Part shown: one piece after another, positions 1 through 14,257 of the stretch
How the letters are laid out: each line of letters starts with the position of its first letter
Numbering within the stretch: the stretch's first letter is position 1
Source: Eledone cirrhosa
Taxonomy: Eukaryota
Assembly: GCA_964016885.1 (NCBI GenBank)
Contig: OZ024761.1
Coordinates: 16,368,001 to 16,432,000, forward strand
Length of the DNA: 64,000 bases
Direction: 5' to 3'
Made by a program: the position numbers and the translations under genes
Notes under the pieces: generated by a model
Database searches by the model: none
Seen by the model: the letters and a program-made list of their open reading frames with translations, nothing else
What the model was told of the DNA's origin: nothing

Positions 1-338
1 TTGAGGATGTTGTAGATACTATTTCTAGCATGCCGGTGTGACCACGTAGCGTCATTGTTGTTTAGTAGTCTACTCGTCAACCCCAATCGATTAGATCTAT
101 GATCAAAGTCATTTCAACCGTGAACTTCCCATCATCTATTTATGTGCAAGGAAACCATAGCCACGTTTTGTTTTTGTTACTGTTTTGTTGTTGCAGTTGT
201 TGTCCAAGGTGTGATTTGCGGAGATATTTGGCTGTTGTTTCTAACGATCTGACGAGCGCTATTATCAAAGCTACTCTGGCTGTGACCAATCCATGCAGAG
301 AACTCAGACATATCCAACGTGTCTTTTATTTATATAAT

Positions 339-452
339 TGTTTCTACTTTTGGCACAAGGCCAGCAATTATCCCAGTGCATTACCGGTACTTTATTTTAT
401 CGACCCCGTAAGGATGAAAGGCAAAGTTAACCTCGGCGGGATTTGAACTCAG
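339..452 (-). mobile_element. tRNA-derived SINE (abundant octopus-type family), partial
   Basis: Reverse complement of GAGTTCAAATCCCGCCGAGGTTAACTTTGCCTTTCATCC...GGTCGATAAAATAAAGTACC...GCCTTGTGCCAAAAGTAGAAAC, with B-box-like GAGTTCAAATCC. The family recurs at least 8 times in the window. Confidence 0.85.
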
Positions 453-457
453 TTACA

Positions 458-582
458 GCCCTTGCCATTCTGAGTTCAAATCCCGCCGAGGTTAACTTTG
501 CCTTTCATCCTCACGGGGTCGATAAAATAAAGTACCAGTAATACACTGGGTAATTGCTGGCCTTGTGCCAAAAGTAGAAACA
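458..582 (+). mobile_element. tRNA-derived SINE, same family, head-to-head with the 339-452 copy
   Basis: Same consensus on the + strand; forms an inverted pair with a ~17-nt spacer. Confidence 0.85.
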
Positions 583-685
583 GAAATATTAATATACGTC
601 TGGATCGTTTACCGGACAGAGATAACATTGACTAGGATCCAGAAAACTTTGATAATGGAGTAGTTATATATTGTGATATATATAT

Positions 686-832
686 TACTGCAATGCCAGG
701 CCAACCCGTAGCAAAGGCAGAGCAAGCCTCTAACCTTTCACCTATTTCCAAAAATCAGTTTAACATCGATTAAGATATTAAGCTAAGAACAGATACTACA
801 CTTTGATCTTAGCCAAAAGGCCGAGAAGTGAA
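686..832 (-). pseudogene. U2: U2 spliceosomal snRNA pseudogene (internally deleted, 3'-truncated)
   Basis: Minus strand reads TCACTTCTCGGCCTTTTGGCTAAGATCAAAGTGTAGTATCTGTTCTT-AGCTTAATATCT (U2 5' end with branch-point recognition GTAGTA), then TGTTAAACTGATTTTTGGAA (Sm site) and GGCTTGCTC...GGGTTGGCCTGGCATTGCAGTA (stem-loops III/IV). Stem-loop IIb and the 3' arm of SL IV are missing. Confidence 0.9.
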
Positions 833-2229
833 TGTCTTTACTGGACTTTCTTCTGTTTCTCCATTGTGATCCTGTCTCTACTTGTACTCTCGAAGAAGGG
901 CTTAAGCCTGACACGTCGACCGTTCTTTCCTCTTTCTAATATAAAGCATGTACCTGTTTGTTGTCTCCTTGAACTGTATATGTGTATGTGTGTGTGTATA
1001 CAATATATATAAGAAAAGAGCCAGGACCCCCGCCGGCTGAGCTCCGGCCGTTTCGACAGCTAGGTCTGAACGCCGTCGGAGTCCTGACTCTTTTCCTATT
1101 ACTCACTCTACTACCCTACGTATCGAGTACTCTGGTATGTTATGGTCCACCTGGTTCCTTAACCACACTTCCTTCGTTACAATACACACACACACACATA
1201 TATACATATATATATAGGATGTGTAAATAAACATACACACACATAGGATGTGTGGCCTGAGGAAGATTTCTCTGTCATTTCTAACAGGATGAGTGACCAT
1301 GTAGAGGTTCTCTCCGACACTGATGATGGTGGTGGTGGTGGTGACTGTTCTTTTCTTTGCCCCCGCCCTCCCCCTGCTACTTTCGCCCTGTGTTAACGTG
1401 AAATATATTACTAACCTAAAAACCTAATTGTTCAACTGTAAACCCCCCCCACCACCACCACCACTGGATTCGTTGCCCTTCCCTTTTCTCTTCTTCTTCC
1501 TTCTTATCCTCGCTCTTTCTCACTATTTTTTTTTTCTCTTTCTATTATTACACATACATACACTTCTACTTCCCTCTCTCACTCTGTCTCTCGTTCACAA
1601 CGCATACACTCCTACTCTACCCACCACCTTTACTTCTTTCCTCCTTCCACTCATTTGTCATCTCTGCCGCCGCCACCACACGTGGCTTCTGTCTTTCTCT
1701 TTTTCTCTTTCTTTTTACTTCGCCACCGCCATCGCCCCCCTTTCAACTGTTTTCTTTTATTTCCTCTCCCTTTGACATCACCTCCCACCATTACTCTCAC
1801 TCGTTTGTTCACCGCTGCCGTCACCATCACCACCACCACCGTCTCCACGAACTCAGTGTTGTTGGTGGCGGTGGCAGTGGTGGTTGGAGGTAAGGTGAGC
1901 TGGCAGGAGGGTTTCTTGCTCATCTTCATGCTCGCTTCTTACCCACCCTCATCCTCATCTTGTCTCCCCCCCCCCCTCCTCCTCCAGACACTGCTCCCCT
2001 GCCTTTCACTGCAACGCCTTCCATTCCCCCACCTGCACCACCCCAGCCACTTGTCAGCCTTTCTTTGTTCCCTTTTCTCCCCCCGCCTCACCTGCACCGT
2101 TTCCATTACCACGTCTTTTACATCTACAACAACCCTCACCTGTCCACTTGTCACTTTTTATCCTCATCATTGAGCACTTCCCCCACCCCATCCCGTCCCG
2201 TCCCTGCCGTTAGCTTCTCTTTTGCTCCA

Positions 2230-2712
2230 TACACCACCACCACTACACCATCACCACTACCACACCATCACAACTACCACTGCATCATCACCACTACACC
2301 ATCACCACCACTACTACTACTCTATCACAGCCACTACTGCACCACCACAACCACTACTGCACCACCACAACCACTACTGCACCACCACAACCACTACTGC
2401 ACCATCACCACACCACCACAACCACTACTGCACCATCACCACCACTACTGCGCCACCACCACCACCACTACACCACCACCACTACATCACCACCACCATT
2501 AGTACCACTACACTATCACCACCTCTACTACACTATCACCACCACTACTACACTATCACCACCACCACCATTACTACACCACCACCACCACCACTACACA
2601 ATCTACACCATCACTATCACTGCATCACCACCACCACTAGTACCACTACACCATCACCACCATCACTACATTACCATACACACACACACACACACACACG
2701 TGTGTGTGTGTG
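2230..2712. repeat. Degenerate (CAC/CAT/TAC)n trinucleotide minisatellite ending in (CA)n(TG)n
   Basis: Directly visible; includes 21-nt CCACTACTGCACCACCACAA repeats. The upstream 1430-2230 region is C/T-rich low complexity. Confidence 0.9.
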
Positions 2713-2844
2713 AAGATGCATAGCCTGGTGGTTAGTGTGTTGGATTCACAGTTAATAGCTGATTCAGGCCAGAGCATATCGCAGTTTCATTGGTGTTAAG
2801 TGATTGAGAGTACAAGACACACCACAGAGTTAACTCCCTTGGAG

Positions 2845-3072
2845 CCACGTGGAATGAATTGTTTTTTCTCAAAAACACAACAGAACACTGTCCAGGAATT
2901 AAACCCACAACATTGCAATAATAAGTTCAACACTCTAACCACTAAGCTGCTTGACTACAACAACATAGAATGAAGTGTTTGGCTCATGAGCACAACATGG
3001 CACCCTGTCCAGGGAATTGAACCCACAATATTCCACTCATAAGTCCAACACCCTAACCACTAGGCCACATAC
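2845..3072 (-). mobile_element. Two tandem degenerate tRNA-SINE heads
   Basis: Minus strand has TGGCCTAGTGGTTAGGGTGTTGGACT...GGGTTCAATTCC (A and B boxes), plus a second diverged copy ending near 2950. Confidence 0.6.
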
Positions 3073-3635
3073 ATACCTTCACATGACAAATACTTACCGA
3101 CCTCTGTCCAGCTAATTATTCCATGTCTGGAGAAAGTAGAGTGAAAAGAGCTCTGCTGCACTATAGCTTGGTTGAAAGCCAAACTTTTCAGCTCAAAATG
3201 AGCTGATCCCCCCCCCCCCCCTCAGCAAGTAACTCTGCAGTTTATGGACTGCTGGTTCCAGTAATGATATAGGTCGGTATTTTTGTAGAATCTAGGTCAG
3301 TATTTGAATAGATCAGCTCTGGATTCCATCGTATGTATTGCTGTAACACAGAGGTAGTTAGTTAAATCTTTCACTGGTTTTGGAAATAAGCCACAAGTTT
3401 ACCCTTTTGATACCAAAATGCCTGAAACTGCCCCTGCCTTCTACGATAGGAAGAGAGGGAAAATTGGTGAATTGTTGTTGAGCCTGGTCAAAAGAAATTC
3501 CTGACTTAACTGTGGTGTCTTTGATCCAGAAGGTTCCAAAATCCCTCTGTGTCTCCTCTAAACTGCCCATGGTTCTACAACACAAAACTGTTTATTTTAA
3601 AGTGTTCATATTTACCTAAAAACATTCCATTATAA

Positions 3636-3920
3636 TCCACCGAGGTTAACTTTGCCTTTCCATCCTTACGGGCTCGATAAAATAAAGTACCAGTAATGCA
3701 CTGGGTAATTGCTGGCCTTGTGCCAAACGTAGAAACAATTATAATTAGTATCAGTAGAGCGTCAGACGCCATGCTTTGCCACATAAAGTTATGACCCTTT
3801 ACGTTCAAATCCCGTCGAGGTTAACTTTGCCTTTCATCCTTACGGGGTCGATAAAATAAAGTACCAGTAATGCACTGGGTAATTGCTGGCCTTGTGCCAA
3901 ACGTAGAAACAATTATAATT
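3636..3920 (+). mobile_element. Two tandem copies of the same SINE family as 339-582
   Basis: CGAGGTTAACTTTGCC...GTGCCAAACGTAGAAACAATTATAATT occurs twice, nearly identically (3640-3747 and 3816-3920). Confidence 0.85.
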
Positions 3921-4193
3921 TTATGCATGTACCTTAGGTTTAATTACATTAGCTTAATAAGAGGAAGGTTATATTACTAAATCACAACAAATTCTTGAAT
4001 ATTTTCAAAATTAGTTGAAAATCACAGGCAGTGTCTTTCATTATATATATATATATGTGTGTATATATATATGTGTGTGTATATATATATGTGTGTATGT
4101 ATATATGTAAAAGGTAAACAGAAATAACTACACTATCGGTACAGTATATAGAAGGAATATATTAGGTTAACGCTTGATATAGCAGGAAGAGGG

Positions 4194-4229
4194 TCTTAAC
4201 GTTTCGGACGCTAGTCCTTCATCAGAAGA
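4194..4229 (-). ncRNA. Minimal type I hammerhead ribozyme motif (Penelope-like-element type)
   Basis: Minus strand reads TCTT-CTGATGA-A-GGAC TAGC GTCC-GAAA-CG-TT-AAGA: stem I TCTT/AAGA, stem II GGAC/GTCC, palindromic AACGTT stem III, one extra A after the core. Confidence 0.6.
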
Positions 4230-4597
4230 ATGAGAAATGAGATAGATTAAAGGGGTGGGCAGGGTGGAATTGGAAACAATGTCTTTAGATAAAAATAACA
4301 GGTCCATTCATGTTGACATCTCTATATATCAGTAATTATTTGTCATAGTTATGATGAGTAGGTTAGTAGAATGGAATTTAGGTTGTTGGTGCTATTGTGA
4401 CAGCTCACACCCATTTATGTTGTTGGTGTTATTACAGGTCACACACACCTATCTAGATTGAGCTGACCTTCTACAAGGTTGCGTCTAGTGCATCTAGTAG
4501 GTTTCTTGGGTGTTTTAATGTTTTAGGAAACCAGCTTAAAATATATAGAAGCAGGCTGTAAATTTTTTTTTTTTTCCCATATATATGTATATATTTA

Positions 4598-4928
4598 GGC
4601 ACATGGCTTAGTGGTTAGAGCAATGGACTGGCAATCTAAAGGTTGTGAGTTCAATTCTCAGACCGGGTGATGTGTTGTTTCCTTGAGCAAGACACTTTAT
4701 TTCACATTGCTCCAGTTTACTCAGCTGTAGAAATGAGATGATAGGGACTGGGGTCCCTCTCATTCCACTGCAAAGTGGTCGTGGAGGTGCCACGGCAAAA
4801 AAGCACCCAGCACTCACTGTAAATGAGGTTGGTGTTAGGAAGGGCATCCAGCTGTAGAAATCAAGCCAGAATCAGTTCCCGTCTCACCCTTGCAAGCAGG
4901 GAAAAGCGGACGTAAAATGAAATGATGA
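4598..4928 (+). mobile_element. Composite SINE: tRNA head + CORE-like segment, joined to a Meta-domain-like SINE 3' half with (ATG)n tail
   Basis: A box TGGCTTAGTGG, B box GAGTTCAATTC, CORE-like CCTTGAGCAAGACACTT, then GGTGTTAGGAAGGGCATCCAGCTGTAGAAA and GGACGTAAAATGAAATGATGAT. Domain names are assigned from recall of consensus motifs. Confidence 0.7.
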
Positions 4929-5477
4929 TATATATATATATGAAAAATTTGGGACCCAATGGGCGAGCTCCTGCCGTTTCAACAGCTAGATCTGAATACT
5001 AGCTGTTGAAACGGCAGGAGCTCAGCCATCTGAGCCCTAACTAATTCACCAATCTCTCCTCTCATATTTCCTCTCCTATCTCCATCTCTCTCTTTAAGAT
5101 TGGTTACTCTTGAACTGTGTATGTATATATATATATATATATTAGGTTGTTCAGTAGATTTGTGGTTTACTGAGGTGGGTATCAAAAGAGATTTTAGCTT
5201 TGTGTGATTAACAAATCTGAAGAGCAGATGTTAAACAATAATGATGATGACATGGTCGGCCAAATCAAAGTGGTGCCCCTGCATGGCCGCAGTCTATTAA
5301 CTGAAACAATCATCATCATCATTCCACTGAGGCATTAGTTGGATGAGGCTCTTTGAGGCAATGTTTTACAGCAGGATACCAACCCTTTTAGTCACTTCTT
5401 AAGACGCAGGGATACAGTGTACCTAGCAAAAAGTGAATACACATGCATGTGTGTGGGAGGGGGGGGGGGGGCAGAGG

Positions 5478-5630
5478 AGTTGTTAGAATACTGGGCAGAG
5501 TGCTTTGTGGAATTCATTCCAGCTCACATCTCTCTGAGTTCAAATCCTGTTGGGGTCAACTTTGCCTTTGATCCTTTCGAGGTTGATAAAAACAAAAAAC
5601 AGTACCAGTCTAGTACTGGGGTTGATTCTT
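5478..5630 (+). mobile_element. Old diverged SINE copy (339-582 family)
   Basis: CTGAGTTCAAATCCTGTTGGGGTCAACTTTGCCTTTGATCCTTTCGAGGTTGATAAA...AGTACCAGT. Confidence 0.75.
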
Positions 5631-5822
5631 CCTCTATATCTCTTTCTCACTTCCATTCTCTCACCCTCTCTATCTTTCTCTGGAGAGGAGATGGGCTCCA
5701 CCATGTCTAACAATGCCTTAGAAACGCTGTATGTCAATGCAACACCCCTGTGACTCCCCCTCAGGAGTTACAGGACAATGTATGTATGCATATCTAATAT
5801 CTTGTGTTTGTTTCACTTTCAG

Positions 5823-5867
5823 ATTTTTTGATATGAAACATAAGGACCATTACAAAATCTACAATCT
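5823..5867 (+). CDS. 45-nt internal exon of a PTEN/TPTE (voltage-sensing phosphatase)-family phosphoinositide phosphatase: (R)FFDMKHKDHYKIYN(L)
   Basis: Pyrimidine-rich acceptor tttgtttcactttcAG and donor GTAAGT. Length (45 nt) and phase (2/2) match human PTEN exon 3 (RFLDSKHKNHYKIYNL). PTEN versus TPTE/VSP cannot be resolved from one exon. Confidence 0.88.
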
Positions 5868-5940
5868 GTAAGTACTCAGTGATTTTATGTTGTTGTTAGT
5901 CAGCACCGGGTATTTAGTACCCTAAACTAGCTCTACAATG

Positions 5941-6467
5941 CAGTTGAACCTCGGTTCATGTATGCCTTGCATCGCAAACAAATCGGTTCACGAATAATTT
6001 TTTCGAACATAAAGCATCTCGGTTGACGATTGGTGTCTCGAGTATCATGCAAGCCGGCAACAAGCTTGGATTATCGGCGGGAAAGTGTCACTTGCTGTGT
6101 AGTTAGTTACTATGGTGATATCTACCTGTTTTTCACACATAGTCATTCTCTCTCTCTCTCTCTCAACAGTTCTTATGGGGAAAAATAGTTTCGGTTTAAG
6201 AACATTTCGGATGATGAATGGCCTTCAGCAATAAACTAAAGTTAACCCTTTAGCATTTAAACCGGCCATATCCGGCCAGAATTCTCTCACCTCTTTCTGA
6301 TTAAACCAGCCGTAACCGGCCACTCATATTGATGTTAAGGTATTGTTCTCAAAATGATTATTATCAAAATCTCATAAATTCAGTATTATGTGAGATAATT
6401 GTGTAAATACAATAGTATATCTAGGGTAATGTAAACATTAAAGGGTTAATGAACCGAGGTTCCACTG
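5941..6467. mobile_element. Tigger/pogo-like MITE
   Basis: TIRs CAGTTGAACCTCGGTTCAT (5941) and ATGAACCGAGGTTCCACTG (ends 6467); right flank TA, left flank TG (probably a mutated TA). Confidence 0.8.
6246..6445. mobile_element. piggyBac-like MITE nested in the Tigger-like MITE
   Basis: TTAA|CCCTTTA...TAAAGGG|TTAA: TTAA target-site duplication and CCC/GGG termini; 200 bp. Confidence 0.85.
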
Positions 6468-6872
6468 TATATGTGCTCCCTTCCTTCTCCGTTATGTAAA
6501 ATAAAATAATTTCAACTGACAGTTTGGTAAGCTGACAAACCTTGTTCGTGAGACGCCTTGCACTGCAGTCCATAGTCAGCTATTTGACAGGTCATAACAC
6601 CATACTGCACGCCCTGCACCACTTTAAGATTCACTGATGCACCTTTTGGAAGATGCCACATTGCAGATAACTATGAATAATAGTTGAATGGGTCGTGTAA
6701 AATACCCATGGAGACGGGAAAAGGTGGACAGCAATGTACCACGCATCCCTTGTATAATTATCAACTATTACTTTTAGTTATCTGTATTGTAGTTGCTTCT
6801 CTAACATATTTTCAAATTTCCAACATGCTTAAATAAAACAAATGTTACACATACACACGTGTGTGTGTATAT

Positions 6873-6903
<31 letters not shown>

Positions 6904-7161
6904 TACACTCACACTCACACACACAGCTTTGCGCAGAGACGGTGGTTATTGCTTGTTGAAAACTAAAAAAACTATATATACATGCATGTATATATAGTTA
7001 CTTTCTTTAAGATTGGCGGATCTTCGATAGACGCGGAGAGTACGACAAAGGGAGATAACTCTATTTGACTCTGTGTTTACAAAGGTACTGCACTGGCTTT
7101 ATTTCTTCATAACTTTCTCAATAATTCACACTTTGTTACGAAATTTTGCAGAGTTAGGTTT

Positions 7162-7361
7162 NNNNNNNNNNNNNNNNNNNNNNNNNNNNNNNNNNNNNNN
7201 NNNNNNNNNNNNNNNNNNNNNNNNNNNNNNNNNNNNNNNNNNNNNNNNNNNNNNNNNNNNNNNNNNNNNNNNNNNNNNNNNNNNNNNNNNNNNNNNNNNN
7301 NNNNNNNNNNNNNNNNNNNNNNNNNNNNNNNNNNNNNNNNNNNNNNNNNNNNNNNNNNNNN
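7162..7361. other. Assembly gap (200 N)
   Basis: Run of N; continuity across it is not guaranteed. Confidence 1.
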
Positions 7362-9165
<1,804 letters not shown>

Positions 9166-11660
9166 ATGGATGATTTCTTCCTATCCCAACTAGTGCTCGA
9201 ACCAACGAGGTGCCACAAAAACGTCCTAGACTTAATTTTCAGCAATCACACTGACAATATCCACAATATTGCAGTGGAGAAAACTCTACTCTCTGATCAT
9301 GACATGGTTCTCTGTGATCTGAGATTCCACCGTCCAATATACAAACCCAATGTCATTTCTCCTGTCCATCCGTTTGACGCTATGGATTTCCACAATGCAA
9401 ACTGGGAAGCGATCAGTCATGATCTTGCACATGTCGACTGGTCCTTCACGCACACTCATACACCCACTAACATCAAAAAGTCCTGGCAGACTTTTGTGGA
9501 CACTGTTACAAACATATGTGCTAAACACACCCCATTAAGAACTATAAACAAATCTAAGAGCAGAATCCCTAGAAATAGAAAAACACTCATCAGAAAAATT
9601 AAGAGAACGAACAAAAAAAATCAACAAGCTGAAATACTGTCAGCAGCAACACATCAACTTGACTGCCATTTCATCACTAGAGATTAAAAAACATAACCTC
9701 CAAAACAACATAATGTCCCTCATCAACAATCAGAGAAGAGCTGAAGAGGCCTGGGCCATTGAGAAGATCAAACTCAATCCCAAAGTGTTCTTTGTCATTT
9801 GCAAAAAAACACAAAATCACTGGCTCTACTGTTGGCCCTCTAATTGATGAAAATGGCACTCTTCAAGACAATGCTAAAACCATGGGTGAGATACTGCAGA
9901 AACAATACTGCTCTGTTTTCAGCAATCCTGATATGGCCGATCTGGGCTGTATCGGCGATGTTACTCCCCATTACACCTTATCGGACATAACGTTTGGCGC
10001 CCCTGATGTCTTGGCGCAATAAAGGAAATCAAACATATTCAGCAGTAGGTCCCGATAGGTTCCCTGCTTGTGTCTTGAAGGCGTGTCAACACCAACTTGC
10101 TTCTCCTCTTGCCAATCTGTGGCGGAACTCACTGGATGCTGGATATGTGCCAGAAAACCTTCTATCCCAGTCTGTTGTCCCAGTTTTCAAAAAGGGAAAC
10201 AAATCCCTTGCCGTGAATTACCGTCCAATCTCACTCACCTCTCATATCATTAAGGTATTGAGCGAGTGGTGAGATCGCGAATGACCCACTTCCTTGAGAG
10301 TAACAATATGCTGAACTCCAACCAGCATGGATTCCGTAATGGAAGGGATTGCCTGACGCAACTACTGCATCACTTTGATGACATTTTGAGAGCCTTGGAG
10401 AGGGTTCCAACACTGATGTTATCTACCTTGATTTCAGCAAGGCCTTTGACAGGGTTGATCATAACATTCTACTGAGAAAGCTGTCCAATATTGGTGTCAC
10501 TGGAAAGCTGCTGCAGTGGATCAAGAGCTTCCTGTCAAACAGAACCCAACATGTTGTAGTTGAGGGAGTCAAATCAAGCCCAGCCAAAGTCAGTAGTGGA
10601 GTCCCACAAGGCACTGTGTTGGGCCCACTTCTCTTCATCATCTATATTAATGACATCACTGACATCATCAAACACAGCAACATTAAAATTTTCGCTGATG
10701 ATTCCAAGCTCCAAAAGGTCATCAATGGCGTGGATGACCGGATAAGCCTTCAGTCAGACCTACTGGCTGTTACCCAATGGGCAGAAAAGAACAACATGTT
10801 ACTGAACGAAGACAAATTCGAACTGATCCACTTTGGAAAAGAGGATGCTCTGAAACTCCCGTACTCCCTTCCCTCCGGGGAAACTCTCGTGGCATCTAAC
10901 AACATCAGAGACTTGGGAGTAACCGTGGACAGCAACATAAGCTGGACCACGCATATAAGCAGCAAAGTTGACATGGCCCGCAGAATGTGTTCCTGGATCC
11001 TCAGAACCTTCCAGTCGAGAGATTCCCGCACCATTATCCTTCTCTTCTCTACTTTCGCCCGACCACACCTTGAATACTGTTGTCCACTGTGGTCTCCCCA
11101 CACGAAACAAAGTATCATGAAACTTGAAGCTCCTCAAAGGGCAATCACGAAAAAGATAGATGGCATGTCAGACCTTGACTACTGGGTCGATTGGAAAACC
11201 TGAAACTTTACTCACTCAACGTCGCCGTGAGCGTTATATTATCTGCATGATGTGGAAAATGTTCCATCATCACTGCCAAATGATGTTGGCATCGCCTTCA
11301 AGATACACCAAGGCTTGGGCCCCGTGCTATCCGTCCCATTCAAAAATCTAAATCGCAACTCATAACAACAATACGGCACAATTATTTCACCTCAATCGGC
11401 CCTGCTCTCTTCAACATCACACCAGGACACGTCAAAACAGAAACTGACCACACAAGATTCAAGAAGTCCTTTGGACAAATTCCTCCAAGTAATCCCGGAC
11501 AAACCACCCACACCCGGATATGTCTCCGCAAACAGTAATTCTCTTCTCGAATGGGCCATGGTGCCCAAATCCTGAATTGAAAGACTTCGCCAGGTGGTGC
11601 TATTAAGTTAGACATGGCCTGGGCCAATACTGGCCAAAACATTTCAAAGTATTCAAAGTT
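9166..11660 (+). mobile_element. 5'-truncated, frameshifted CR1/L2-group LINE ORF2 (APE C-terminus + reverse transcriptase) with 3' UTR
   Basis: APE motifs [13 protein letters not shown] and SDH; RT motifs NYRPISLTS, NQHGFR, YLDFSKAFDRVDH, GVPQGTVLGPLLF, FADD; downstream LGV..D and LEYCCPLWSP. Ends in a TTCAAAGT tandem tail; (TA)n lies on both sides. Confidence 0.93.
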
Positions 11661-13574
<1,914 letters not shown>

Positions 13575-13607
13575 CACACATACATACACAGATATACAGA
13601 CAGAGAG

Positions 13608-13820
13608 AGAATAGAAAAGCTTTCACCGTATTTTTGACTAAAGAAACTTTTTTACCCTGATAATGGTGTTTAGAACCCTCAGATAAATGGAAAAAGATGA
13701 GTATTGATGTACATGTACGTCAATACTCATCTTTTTCCATTTATTTGAGGGTTCTAAACCCCATTATCAGGCTAAAAAAATTTCTTTAGTCAAAAATATG
13801 GTGACAGCATTCTATTTTCT
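13608..13820. repeat. Loop-less foldback palindrome (~105-bp arms), MITE-like
   Basis: Symmetry centre GTACA|TGTAC at 13713/13714; arm example ATGGAAAAAGATGAGTATTGA / TCAATACTCATCTTTTTCCAT. Confidence 0.9.
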
Positions 13821-14025
13821 AATATCAAACCTACTCACTGTTTCAAAATATACTTACTTATTATATATAATATATATATATATATATACACACACTATAT
13901 ATTTCTCTAAGTGATATATACATATAGCAATTAGAGAAACATATAGTATCTATATATATATATATATATATATATAGAATAATGTTAAATAAAAGTCAAA
14001 TGATTAAAATTTAGCTTCGTTTATT

Positions 14026-14080
14026 ACTGCTATATATATTTCAGTGACAGCCATCTTTGGCTGTGACCTCTTCAGGCAGT
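14026..14080 (-). ncRNA. Type I hammerhead ribozyme motif (copy 1)
   Basis: Exact reverse complement of 14203-14257. Confidence 0.65.
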
Positions 14081-14102
14081 TTGAATTAGTATGGTATAGA
14101 CA

Positions 14103-14157
14103 ACTGCTATATATATTTCAGTGACAGCCATCTTTGGCTGTGACCTCTTCAGGCAGT
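14103..14157 (-). ncRNA. Type I hammerhead ribozyme motif (copy 2)
   Basis: Exact reverse complement of 14203-14257; tandem with copy 1. Confidence 0.65.
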
Positions 14158-14202
14158 TTGAATTAGTATGGTATAGACAATGTCTATACAATACTAATTC
14201 AA

Positions 14203-14257
14203 ACTGCCTGAAGAGGTCACAGCCAAAGATGGCTGTCACTGAAATATATATAGCAGT
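14203..14257 (+). ncRNA. Type I hammerhead ribozyme motif (copy 3)
   Basis: ACTGC-CTGAAGA-GGTCACAGCC AAAGAT GGCTGTCACT-GAAA-TATATA-TA-GCAGT: stem I ACTGC/GCAGT, CUGANGA core, 9/10-bp stem II, GAAA, palindromic minimal stem III, predicted AUA cleavage triplet. Confidence 0.7.

Noticed and set aside
1030-1090. Possible hammerhead (GAAAC plus stems on the minus strand)
   Set aside because: The CUGANGA core is absent.
1428-2713. Pro/His/Thr-rich ORFs
   Set aside because: Open in several frames on both strands because of CAC-type low complexity; no splice or domain evidence.
3358-3585. 75-aa minus-strand ORF, possibly a retroelement fragment
   Set aside because: No diagnostic motif recognised; cannot be supported without a database search.
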